DNA of 63,971 nt, counting the filler, from Sphaeroforma arctica JP610 (Eukaryota): assembly GCF_001186125.1 (NCBI RefSeq). It is 5 parts of 2 records of this genome, joined end to end, with 100 filler letters (N's around TTAATTAATTAA, not from the genome) between each part and the next. Parts side by side here need not be neighbours in the genome. Positions count along the whole stretch, not along the records: positions 28,396 to 58,359 come from NW_014040541.1; 4 more parts are not named here. One strand, written 5' to 3'. Of this stretch, positions 40,201 to 53,574 are shown piece by piece. Position 1 is the first letter of the stretch, and the number at the start of each line of letters is the position of its first letter. The notes under the pieces are model-generated. The model saw only the letters and a list, made by a program, of their open reading frames with translations, had not been told where the DNA came from and did not search any database. A program made the position numbers and the translations under genes.

Positions 40201-40699
40201 ATAAGAAAGAAACAATAGATCTTATTGCTAGAATGTTCTGCAAATGGCTTCTCATACTATTCATATGAGTTTTTCCAACCCAAGCGGTTGAACACTAATA
40301 CAAATACCTTTAGTCTGTAGCGGTGAGATCAGAAATAAGTTTCATTCGAACACACCATTGGAAAAATACATTTGTACTTTACATCGAGTCCCCCACCTAC
40401 ACGCTAGCAAGTTCAAAATCGGCCTCAAGGATTCACAACCCCCTCATATATTACAACCTCCCTCATATGCTTCGAAGTTATGGTTCACATCCGTACTACT
40501 ACCAAAAAGGTCAATCAGCTTGAATCTGGTAAATTAATTGTCGAATTACCTGATAAACTCAGGTCGTGATATATGACCAAGGAATACTCTCAGGACTTGG
40601 CAAAGTTCTTAATATGCCAATGGCTGCGCAAAATACACTCTTCATGCAAGGCTTAAACGCCAAGTCTACGGTATTTACTGTCATTCTACAGCAAGCCAG

Positions 40700-41250
40700 A
40701 CCAACTAAATAGAGTGTCATGTACTTCACATCGTATCGAAGAATAGAGTGTGTAGTATAAACTCTTTTGCAACTTCAGCACAAAGAAATCATTTATATAG
40801 ATAACTTCTATATGACATAGGTTGCTTGATCATACATATACTCGACAACTCATATCTATGTCCGCCAACTGAATTATCGGCACTCAAACTCCTCCTAGCA
40901 ACAGTACCAATATAAAAAAGCCTATCCAACTCTTCTCCAACCACACGTTGTTAAGGTCTTCGGTTCGTTCGACATGGACATATTCGCTGCAAAAACAGTG
41001 CACAATTTGTCACATATTGTAGCGATGATGTCCTACTTCACGACGCTTTCTTTCAGTCATGGTACCAACTCGACAAGTACCTCTATGGGAATACATCTTA
41101 AACAAACAAGGCCTGGCGCGCTACTCATATAAACTGAGGGTGGATGTAAGGCATTTCAACTGCAATTTCGCGCCTTTCAAATTCACACTGTCCACATTTT
41201 CTACATTCCTTCCGAACGGTTATGAAATCACAAAAGCACCCAAGTGGTAA
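40700..41250 (+). mobile_element. Degenerate retroelement fragment: RNase H-like remnant followed by a Dam-like N6-adenine methyltransferase domain (DIRS-type)
   Basis: Frameshifted translation FGSFDMDIFAAK/NSAQFVTYCS..HDAFFQSWYQLDKYLYGNTS matches the DIRS methyltransferase pattern F.IDLFA..N....F.S...DAF...W...LY.NPP. Confidence 0.62.
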
Positions 41251-42899
41251 TATAATAGTATCGCCAAGCTTGAAAACAACTTTCAGTATCTATCACCTTC
41301 TACCGTTGTCAGAGCTGGTTTCCTTGAAGCCGACAGACTCACTTTTCCGACAGCACTCTCGTTCTGTACTAAAGACGAAATGCGACGCGGCCTCATCTCG
41401 CATGTCACTAAAAGTTGAGACTCACTTCCGGTTGTTGACAGCGTAGTCAATGTGAGTATTAAAACAAGTCTACCCCAGACAAATAAAAGCTACACCTCCG
41501 ACGTAAAACATGCCGATGCCGACATTAGACCACTCTAGACCAATTCTACATTAAACCACAGACCTACACAGCGACTGAAGCACTTACCCATTTCTGCAAT
41601 GTCAAACTTAAATACATAACAAGGTGTTCCCAACTTATATATATGTCGGCAGTAGCCAGCAGGCGTGAAACCCATTCTGGAGGTCACACTCACTCTAACA
41701 TATCCATATTAACCGTAATATTGTCGCCACTACCAGCCCCACAGTTCTTAACAGATAATATTAACTCTGTTGCTCCCTACGCCTACTTCTCTTATCACAG
41801 GCAATACTAGCACATCATCACTTTTGCCAGCACCAACACAGGATTCTTCGCCGTCAACTGAGTCAAGCACCATCAATGAAGCACTCCAGCAATATATCCA
41901 TAAGCAACCCATCTCACTGCCTGAAAGGCTAAACGAATCTGCACTAACAGATAGCTTTTCAATCAAAAAGTGACAACATACATAAAAAAAAAAACATAGC
42001 TCAACCTTGCAGCATGGCTCAACCGTAGCGTCTCAGGATAGTTCAACGCTAAGCAACCTAGAAAGTCCAAAGGAGGTTACTTTGAGAGTCCGATGATGAT
42101 ATACACCCGTCAGTTAAATAGATTTCTGCATATCCATGCCTATAAACAATGACAACTTTTTGCACAGTTGTTTCAAAATCGGGTTACCCCACAATCTCAG
42201 TTTGTATAGGGGAACCTTAGGTTTACTCTCTAGCTTATTTTGTCAGAACATAAAATATTCTGACGGTCTGTAATTCCGACCGTGTCAGTTGCCCAGCTGG
42301 TACGAGCGAGAACACGAGCCTGTGAAGAAGGAACTAAGTGATCAAATAACACACTACGACTGGCTGTTAAGAGGACTATATCAATCAGCTATTGTGTGCA
42401 GTACGGCCGAGGAGCAGCTGTCAACTAGTTTGTGAACTAATAACGGATATTATCCGTATCTGTGAGAGTGAATGCAAAGAGTGAAAGAAGGAAGTGCCCA
42501 CCTTAGAGATAAACAAGCACTGTCCGACACGCGACATTTTTGGCGATTACACCAAAACCTGCAAGGCTGAAAAAGTAGGAATTTTCCCTTAATCGGGGTC
42601 GATACTCATAGAACCGATATTATAACAAGCCACTACAACGAGACGGTAACGCTACGGATAGAAGCGGCCGAGGTAGAGGCCGTAGGATTGTACCTGCACC
42701 GACTTTCACTGACATTGATGAGAAAAGGATACTAGATCTCGGAGTGACCACCTAACTACTTAATGTGCAAGTCACAGGACTCTATATCACTTCTTCTTAC
42801 TACGAAACCAACTTTACAAATAAAGAACTCCTGCACCTCTTGTCTTAGTTGAAGCTAATCTAGCCGCATGAAGGAAGGCGGGAGCATCCAAGACGGTAC

Positions 42900-43700
42900 T
42901 CCAATGTATGCGATATAGAGCGCCAATACTGTGGGGGGGGCAGATGGGCCTCTTAAACCGAACAATCGGGGCCGGTACATCGATATCAAGGAGGTCAGTA
43001 TTGACATCGCCCAAACCAAATACGACAGACAAGAAGTCGATGGGTACATTCGCAAAGCGTCCGAAGCCGATCTCTTTTCCGTACACGACTCTTTCGCCTT
43101 AGCTAAGGCGCACACGAATCATTGTCAGTCCTACGCTCATCAACAACAGGTTACAAGCACTAAAATTCAAGATAGAGGGGTTGTATCTTGTCGCAACCAC
43201 AGCCTGAGTTTACGACCATATAATGATAGCCAACTCTCGGGAAGATTTTCTTCAAACCCGGAATAGTGGTAGATAGGCGGACCGAACGCACGACTGTACG
43301 AAGACCTCGCACTCCCAATGGGCGCAGCATTCCATTCGGACTGCCTAGACAAACTGATGGATGTGATGAGCAAGATCGTGAGAAATGAAGGTATACGCAT
43401 ACTACTGTATGCCGACAATCTCACGCTTTTGGGGTCACATTTCAACAACACGGGCTCATCGAGATTGTATCAATCACCTGGCAAATGACGGGGTCTGCGC
43501 CTGGCGCCGAGAAGGACGAATGGAAACAGCCTGTACGACAGCTCGAACACGCGGGTATACATTGATCTGATATCGGGAACATACCGCCTAACCTCAAACA
43601 CGGGTCAAACTTGGGCAAACAACGATGGATTGGCCTGAAATTATGGCAGTGATATTCCGACCTTCATCTGCAACACACATGCCTTCTCCTGTGAGGTCTT
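42900..43700 (+). mobile_element. Degenerate DIRS-like reverse transcriptase
   Basis: 43273-43440 reads RLYEDLALPMGAAFHSDCLDKLMDVMSKIVRNEGIRILLYADNLTL, matching the DIRS RT pattern LP.G....K......LR..GIR...Y.DD with the catalytic motif decayed to YADN. Confidence 0.72.
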
Positions 43701-45360
43701 CTTGAATACGGCGCGCGTTTAGCTTAAAGACACGAGGAATCGATAATGGCTCCTTGGTATCCGAGTATAAGGGATTTCATTAGGTTATTATTTTGAAAAA
43801 AAGAAAGCTCCTGAGATATGAGGAATCGAACAAAATCACCTAAAACGATATTTCAAGTCTATGATGCAAAAATTGCTAGCTCGTGGCACTTAACAGTACC
43901 TGTCATATTAAAGTCCATGCACATTTTGTACGCAATTAATAATTTCTCAATTTACGTCTACTCTTGCAGTCTCTCAATGCCTTCGACGTGAGTCACGAGT
44001 GCAGGAGCTATTAAGGTACAAGTGATGTTCCTAGCAACTACGCGGATCTGGACACCATTCACACAAGTGTAGCTGGGAGTTCCACATTTAATGCTGTGGT
44101 CTATATATATCAGCCGAGAAGTATATGATCAGTGGGGCAAAGGCTGTCAGGAGGAGCTATTTGGGCAGGAATGCCAGAACAGGAACAAGGTGTGGTCAGA
44201 AATCCTCGGTTGAGTTCATCTAGGATTTAGGAGAAAACCCCAGTTCAACCGATCCGAGTTTCTGATCGAATTTTGATACGTGAAACATATACAAAACACG
44301 GATCTTCAAACCTTTTTTCAATATAATTACAGCGTCTCCCCTTTTGTACAAGGTGAGTACGTTATGATATTGTTATTTTTGAGTTATGACTACAAAGGAT
44401 TGGCCTTGAGCGCTCAGAGGTGTTGACTGCACCAGAAGTATTCGAAGTTTTGGAAGCAGTTTGCTCAGTGTACACTGACTAAAAACAAACTTCAGAGGGA
44501 AAAAGTATCGCAGATGGGCCAGTGTCACTGGCGGGCTGGTGCAAAAATAGAATTAGTATGGTTTAATAATTGCAGTGGCGAGGCATTCTCTGGATGAGCA
44601 GACACCAAATCTACACAACTGTGTGCCAATTGAAGGGGCGAGAGCCCTCAAGAAATTGTTCTGCAGGGAATGAACTATCGAGATTTTGTATGAACTTATG
44701 GTCTAGACACTTCTAATGCAAAGTGAGGTGGGTCCCAGTAAACTGTTAAAAGAGCAGGATATTTCTGTTGTAAAAAATAACCGGGCGTTGGCAAGAGCTA
44801 TCACAACTTTTTGTTTTGCAAGTGCCCGTCATCCTCAAATAGGCAGGCACTCAGTAAACGGGTGATAGATACTTTTGTCACAAGCAACGGAGGCGACTGG
44901 ATAGGACATGTATACTCCTTGAGATTGCGAAATGAGCAATGTGGATCTTCGGACATGCAAGTTGCTTGGAACTATGGATTCGAATACTGCCATTACAACC
45001 TATCAGGAATCAACTCATCGGTAATTTTATTTACAAGTGTAGGTTGGTGGGGGCCCTATGCCATATCGTTGTTGTTGTACCGACTTCGACAATTTTAAAG
45101 GCAGCACGGCGAGGGCACGTGCATGGAAATTTCATGGATGTATTTGTGATGTAGTCAACGAGGAACGTCAGCCCACAAACATGTCTACAACTAGATATAA
45201 AACAGATCACTTATTTATATATCAAAATGTCGTACAGCGCCAGGAAGCGAATAGATGCGTGATTTGCACATACATGCTTGTATACATCCACAAACAAATG
45301 CATATAATAATTTTTGTGTCACTATTTGATATATCGATGGCAGTGGCCACCGTGGGCGAA

Positions 45361-48300
45361 TTATTGGTGGTTTCTCAATGTTGCGTATGTGTCCACAGGC
45401 AAGATGCCGAGATATTCCGCCACTCGCTCATGAGTGCTGTGTACTACATAGTCTGATGTGAAGTGCTGAGGATTCACTATGACGGCCTCACCCATATTGA
45501 TGGGTTGTCCGTCCATGCTGGCGAGTTTAAACTGTGTAGTTGAGAGAGAAACGGTCGTTTACAATGAGCACATAGATAGCCATTGAAGGCACACAGCTTA
45601 AATAGCATTCGGTCTCACTGGAGATAAGTTGCAAAGGGGTGGCAGCAAGGAACGTCGTAAATGGTGGCAGCAAGGAACGTCGTAAATGCAGTATACTCGT
45701 ATAGTGGTGAATTATAAGTACATGAACACTATGCCGGGAGTGCGTTCGCCACTGAGATTTGAGTAAACGTACAACTGTGAGAACAATTGTGATGTTAGAG
45801 ACTATAATGATAACTGATATACTGTAGCGTCTGCAGCTCTGCGTGTCGGCTTTGGTGTCAGTATAGTTGGGTGTGAATTCACAGAAAGGAGTGCAGAATT
45901 ATCGGTATAAAGTGATCTAGTACTATGAATGCAGTGCGCGTACGGGAAGTTAGCTGCAGTCTTAAAGCTCCTGTACATACTAAAATCCTGATTTTGTATA
46001 TGAAATGGTTCAGATTTTGAGGACATTTCTGAGCGGAGTAGCTATAAAACCCCCATCAGGGTGGAGTATGCGGAAGAATATCGTATACATAAGATATTTC
46101 CTTATAGATACATATACATAATACAATATGATATATATATATATATATATTTATACATATACATATATACATATCTACATACATATAATATATATACGTT
46201 TGTCTCGGCCGAACCAGTATGCACACATGCACGTGTAGACTACACCGAATCAGACCTTCCACTCCCTCCCTCCATACCATATAGTACTCGGTTGTGTTGT
46301 CTTGCTCATCACTAAAACTAGCGGATCCGATCTCCTCAACGACCTCAAACCGTTCCGCGCTGGTGATACTCTGTACCATAGTCGTGCCAACGGTTCCGTA
46401 TAAGAAGCCGGGCAGACTGGTGGGCCAGATGCTTCGTACCCGTTCCTGAAGAAATAGGGGTGCATGTATGCAAAAGTAGGGTATTGACAATGGTAGAAAA
46501 CTGGAGACACGTCCTACAAAACGGCACCAAAGCTGATGAACCGCTATCGTACTGATTTTCAATCCTTCAGTACAACATACTCAACAGCAACATATACAGA
46601 AGAATCCAGAGATATCAGAACTTGGCCTCGGCCTTTGGCCGCTCCCCCGCAATGTATCACAGGGGAAGGTTCTTTGAAGGATGCGCACCGCCCGGTAGTT
46701 CTATGATATGTTGCATGATCGGCTATAAGCTTGGACAAGGACATCACTAACCTACAAGAACGAGCCAATGCTTACTCGACTGCAAACCGCTGACATAGAT
46801 TGTATATATACAGTCATACTAAACCCACGAGGAGTTTGGCAAAGTGCAGCCGTCCACTGCATCGAGTGCACTAACCAACTTGAACCGCACTGACAAATAT
46901 AACAAAGCACACACCCATTGACTCCGCTTCAGTGCATCGAGTGCACTAACCAACTTGAACCGCACTGACAAATATAACAAAGCACACACCCATTGACTCC
47001 GCTTCAGCCAGTGCAGCACCCCACACTCAGTGGTCACGCGCAAATGGTGGCTGCTGACATCAAGAATCTTGTGCACTGCCATGTGTCCCTGGCTTACATC
47101 CCAGGCGGTTTCAACCCACTTCCCGTCTGCATCTATATCTGTATCGCTGTATACGGAAACGGTCGTCTCACCCGCGGCGGGGCTGGGTCGTAGGTAGTAG
47201 ACATCGGCTGCAGTGGAATTAGAAGTGTTGTTTCAGCTACAGATTATGGCATTGTATGTACATGCCGAATTGCCTCTAACGTTAAAAATGAATAGAGAAG
47301 CAAATATGTTGTATATATACTATGTCTGGATTGGCCAATGAAAAAATCTATCAAGAGCATGTTTCAAGCAATGAGACACGCGTGACACGTCAGTATATTA
47401 CGTATACAGAGGCATACATTGACAACCATTTGAAAGTACATACTGGGCGATATGCGAGTGCAATAGAGAAAACTTGCATACAGCGTAGTGCTGAACTGTG
47501 CAGAATAAACAGCATCCGAAGCATAGACAGAAAGTCACAACCGATTGCCTATAGAGTGCTCCTGCGATGGTCCAAATACATAAACTAGAGCATTACCTAC
47601 GTACCGTAGACTCTATACAATGGTACTTGAGCAAGCGAGATCGTAAACACGTGTGAAAAAGAAAACTGCCCGTGATCATAGAACAGACCTACAACAAACA
47701 CAGGTGGGATCGAACTCACACTCAAGATTCACGTTCCCACTATTTATCAACACGCTTGGATGAGAAAGTCACTGAGATCAATGGCAGACATGAGATCTAA
47801 TGTCTCAGAATACTGTGGAACGTACCGAAACTGGTGGAAGCGTCGTCAGGGTTGCACGAATTGATGTGCAAGTACCAGTCGGCTGGGCGGTAGAAGTACA
47901 GTCCGTCCTGAATGCCAAACGAGCCCTCAATAGGGATCAGGTGGTGCGCACCCCCTTCGACACTATGATCGGTTGTCAAGCGACATTTAAAGGTACAAAT
48001 GTGGGTGTCAGCACACGTGTATGTCGCCCGGAGCGGTGTGCCAGCGTCACAGACGCGATACATACGCTGCACATAGATACAGCAAAAACGCAAAGGCGAG
48101 AGGGGACTATGTTTGTAGCTACACCCTGTGTGGCACAATACAGCAATCTAGACCTCCCACGATCTGTCCGCTGAGTGAAAACGCACCAAGTGTAAGCAAT
48201 CAGAAGTGTCCTAGGAGCACTGTTATGTGACTCAGGGTCCGTCCATACCTGACATCTCCCTCGCGTGACTTGATACGCTTGCTATGCGATATGTGATTAA

Positions 48301-51300
48301 TATGGTGGTCTCGCTTGGTGTAGGTTGCGCCGGGGGTGAGCTTGACCAATGAGAGCACGGTGTCTTGGTAGGCTGTCAGCTCGTACTGCCACAATGTCCC
48401 AGGCTGGACGTTGTCTAAGTGCATGAGTAGGTGGGGCAGATATACAAGCCACCTGCAGGTAAGGAAGTAACTTATGCATTAGTACGTATAGACATTGAGA
48501 GAGAGACTGCAAACGGTTGTTCGTCGGTCGTGGTTCTACACCACCCGTACCGTGAGTAAGGCACTTGTGAGTAGGATCATTTGATTTACGTACAAGTTTA
48601 GAAGAGAAGTAAAAATAAGAATACAGTACACTCCACTTACATTCCCGACATCCCGGATATCTTCGCCTTGGCATAAAACTCATCGACAACATCATTGTAA
48701 ATGAAAACGCCGAAGAACTACAGTGTGAGAATATAGAAAGAGTTTATACAAGAAAAATTTGTTAGAATTAGGCATAACCGTCGTGGCAATAATCGTAGAC
48801 CTCCGAATATCGGTACGATCTATTCTGCGATACGAAACAGTTTGTTTGTAGGGTACGGAGAGGATAAAGTATGAAATACATCACAAGGCTCAAACATAAC
48901 TCCGATACGTACTCACTGCAACCTCAGTGAAGAAACCTCACAGACATACCTTAGTGAGTGTCTTGACAAATACAGCCTTCGCAGGATTGTCGACATTGAG
49001 TATCAGGGAACCAGGTGAAAACAGTACAGCAGCGGTGAAGGGCTGCTCGCCGACCTCAGGCTTAAACATAGTGGTTGAAGGAAACTCGGCATGCTGAGTG
49101 GTGGCGTGCGACTGGAACGTGGCAAATACTGACGCGCTCAGTTGCTTGTTGTTCCTGCCAAATCCAATGACGGTGTCCACCACTGTGTGCAGGTGCAGCA
49201 TACCATGATATTGTTAGCTTTATCTGCTGACTACGTCAGAGTATATAGGTTAATCGGGTTGGTAGTTAATGATTTAAAGCATCCAAGTACGCGATCCTAC
49301 ACGTGAAACCAGGGTGTGATGTGTAGTGCTACCATGCTTTGCTGTTCGTGGCTTCCTGCGCCAGATGATACGATTCATGACTGTGTGTAACACTGCGTGC
49401 ACTAGTATCATTCGAATTATCGGTTGATAACACATAAAGCAAGAGTTGGATTGTTTACGTGATAGCCTCATTTTCAATATTTAAACGGGATTGCAATTGC
49501 TAGAGGTCAGTGTGCGGATCAATAATGTTTCGTGCTTGACGCGGGTTTCGAGATTTATTATTATTAACCATATAGAATGGACCACAAATTACTGATATTC
49601 ATGAGTTAAATATGCTAGTGACACTTTTTTATTTTACGTGCAACTAGAATTTGAGGCAAATCGACAAGCATATCGCGCATGGTAGGCAATTACTCACAAA
49701 CAAACACATACTTTTTCAGCAAAAAAAAATCAATCAATCAAAAAAAAAATTTCTAGAGAGCGATACTACTTCACCGGAACAGTTCGTGGCAGTGGCTTAT
49801 ATACCTATCAATCGAACAGCTATGCGGAAACATACCGTTGGCAACGCTTTCGTTCGGTCCCTTAATGGGTTGTATGATCTCTGTAGGTATGAAGTCGGAA
49901 ATAAGTGGGTTTGTAATTGTTTGCGAACTTTGAGGATGGTAATCAGAGGTGACACGCAGGCATCGCGAGACGAAAGTGTGCTGATGCGAATCACTGATCG
50001 GTCAGAGGAAGAGGGTTCAAAGTGCTATACAGAAAGAACGTAAGACTAGATTCTACTTTGAAGACGAGGCAGAAACACACCAGTAGTCAATGTAGGTGTA
50101 CTCATTCCACTAAGATGAACCTACAGAATAACACCGAAAAATGGTTAGGCCAGTTTTTACAGCACCTTGATGCTCATTTTTTTTCAACAAACTACATTCT
50201 TGTCGTTTATCAACACTGCACAGTTCTTAAATATTACAACATAGCATCTCCTATACACGAGCGCATACGTATACATTCTCCACAATCACATATTAAACGC
50301 AGACGAACATACCCTGAGTCTTAGAAGGTACGATACCAACTGAAGGAGCTGGCGTGCGTGTCACTGAACTCGACGGGGTGTATGAGGCAGAGGCTGTGGG
50401 TGTGCTCATTGCAGTCGCAGAGGGACTTGGCCCGGGACTCGCACTAGGCAATGTTACTGAGAAAAATATGAATGGTTGAATTGTGAATGATGAATGAGAT
50501 TGGGGCAAGGGGGAGGGGATATGAAGTGTTCTCGCACACTCGCACATTGTATGTTGCCAGCTCACATTGACAGACGCTGCTGTTGTGGGCAGACTTGGCG
50601 ATACAGAGGCCCATAGAGTCACGATGAATGAGGTGGCTGGAGTCAGAACAGCTGGCAGTGTACGTTGATGTATATATTTATGCTCAGGCTTATATTTGAT
50701 TCTACGTACACACAAGTAAGCTTAAAATATAATGTGCCTGAAGTCGTAGATTTGACGGCTTTCACGACGAGTCAGCGAAGTGGTTATAGGGGTACTGTTA
50801 GTGATCTTGACCGGCGCTATGTCCATATTCCAAGTACACGTACGTATGTATAGATGATTGTGCAAACAAGTCACTGAGATGGGTTCACTTGGGTAGTCTG
50901 ATTACGATAGGCGGACATACTGTGCGAGTTCATGCCGTAATAACCGTATCTTGAGTATTAGTCTAAGGTAAGGGCCTGCTTGGAAGACTAGTGCGGGATG
51001 AATGACATCGCCCATATGGTTTGACCTCAATCGTTCCAGTGATTCACAGGATGGGTGTGTGCAGCACTCTCAACGACATATTGAGATAACCCAACTACGT
51101 TGCGCATCCCCCCACACAAATTGTTTGCGTAGATAGAATTCGGTACTGTCCCCGTTGCTGAATTAAAAGACATGAAAGCCATGTACATCACTCTAAGCTT
51201 ACTTATCGGTGGTATATAACATGAACTCACACTGCTGCTCTGATGTTCTGCTTCAAGTGTCGACTGAAATATTGAAAATACGTTCATGAACTACGCCACC

Positions 51301-52591
51301 ACACTCTTCCACACCTATATCATCAAACTGCACGTCATAGCAGTCGACCGTTTTTCTTCCCAGACACGTAGCCGAATCAATCATACCGCGGAAATCTTCG
51401 ATATTAACGCTCACATCGTCTCGAGGACTTATTGCGTAGGTGCCTTGGCTGCTCCTAAACATGGTGTAGCTGTGGCACATGTCCAGGTTGTTTGTGGGGT
51501 CACAGTGCTGGGCACTCCACGAATGGGCGAACTCGTGCGTCAGAGTGTCCTGAGACATTATGATGCAAAAGGGTAGCACAGGTTAGATGGGAAATACAGT
51601 CTGATGGATCTGTGGGTGTGCAGGAATATGCGACACACTGCTTCTTCGTGGATATCTTGTGCTTGTTATTTTATAGGTACGAGGTGTATTAGGTTCACTA
51701 TTGAGTATACAGGTTTTATTAAAAATTCTTCTGGCAGGACAGTTTCATATAAGAGGAATATGTCAATAGCTCAACGACTTACAGCGTCATGAACCACACA
51801 CGTAGTTGCGTGCCTGTCTTTATACATGCATTCATATGGCTGTCTATATGAGAAAAGACAGTAAACAACAGCACATCTTTCACCAGCGCTAAAGATTCTT
51901 TCACATCTGAAACTTAAACGCACATTTTACCGACACAACTATACATATTAATCCGTATCACTCACATTCATCATAGACACTCACCTGGTTCATCAGGTGA
52001 TCGGTAATCACTTGCGGCTGTGTGATGTTGAGCCGTGATACAGAGTACTTGTAGTCGCTACAAAGCCCGGGCTGATAGGCAGCGCCGAGGTCGACGGTAT
52101 TCACATCCAGGAACAAGTGAGCATGCTCGAATGTGGAGATATTCATGCCAGAGTTGTTTATTACATCAGACCTCCAGTCCTCCAGTATGGTTTTGAGTGG
52201 TGTTGGTTCTGTATTGTTGTGCCACAGCTCTGGGTCAGGACCGCGCAGTTTCACACGCGATACGCTGTAAGTGATTTGCAGATCTCTTTCGAAGATAAGG
52301 TTAGCCCCAGCCACTGTCGCCTGTTGTATGTACGTTTACAGCAGCTTAGCAAGATAAGTTGCTGGAAATTTGTACATAGTTTCCCGAGCTTGTGTGTATG
52401 ATCTTTTTCTTTTAATTATACACAAATACACACACACTTACACACAAATATATATATACATATATATATATTGTGATATTCTCATAGTAGGAGTGGTTAA
52501 CCACTCTTACTGGACTCGTGCCTAATAGGTTACAGTTTTGTGATATCCCCGTAGTAGCAAGTTGGTTAACCACTCCTACTACAGGGATTTC

Positions 52592-52629
<38 letters not shown>

Positions 52630-53488
52630 TATTATTATTCGTATACATATTGTTATTTATACATCACCAACACCAACACAACACACACATTATGTGCGTA
52701 CGTACGTATATAACAATAGTAATAATAATAATTACAATATAGTAATAGTATATATATATATATATTCATATATATATATGTATATATATATATATTAGTA
52801 TATATATATATATAAATATGAATATATATATTCATATATACGTACTTGTATATTATAATGATCATATAGGATATTTATACAATACAATACAAAATATCAA
52901 AACATATTAGTGATATATAAACATATATACGTACATACTTACGTACACACTTATATATGTATAAATGTAAAAGTAAATATAAATATATATATAAATACAT
53001 GTACATTTATACATTAATATGTCAATATAAACATATGTAATGTATCTATATCATAGGATATGAATTTCAACATTCATACATACATAAGCATATATATATA
53101 TATATATAGATATTAATACATATACAAGTATGTATATAGATAAGTTTATTGGAATACAGACACAAACACAGACACAGATACAGACACAGACACAGACACA
53201 GATATATATATTTCTACATATGTATACATACGTACATACACATATGATTCTAGAGATATAGATATAGCTATGGATTTACTGTAGTTACATGTGCGAATAT
53301 TGATATACATATGTATATATATATATACATTTGTACACACACACATATATATATATATATATGTATATATATATGTATATGTCTATGTATATATATATAC
53401 ATATATATATGTAAATAGGCATTCATACATACGTATATACATATATATATATACATATATATGTATATAGGCATACGTATATATACAA

Positions 53489-53527
<39 letters not shown>

Positions 53528-53540
53528 ATTCTACATACGT

Positions 53541-53574
<34 letters not shown>

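Noticed and set aside
37450..40300. Possible gene or viral insert in the ORF-poor interval
   Set aside because: No long ORF or motif I can identify; left unannotated.
44197..44266. Imperfect inverted repeat as an element terminus
   Set aside because: Short and gapped, with no partner end or TSD.
45638..45687. 25-bp perfect direct duplication in an intron
   Set aside because: Does not include a splice junction; ordinary slippage duplication.
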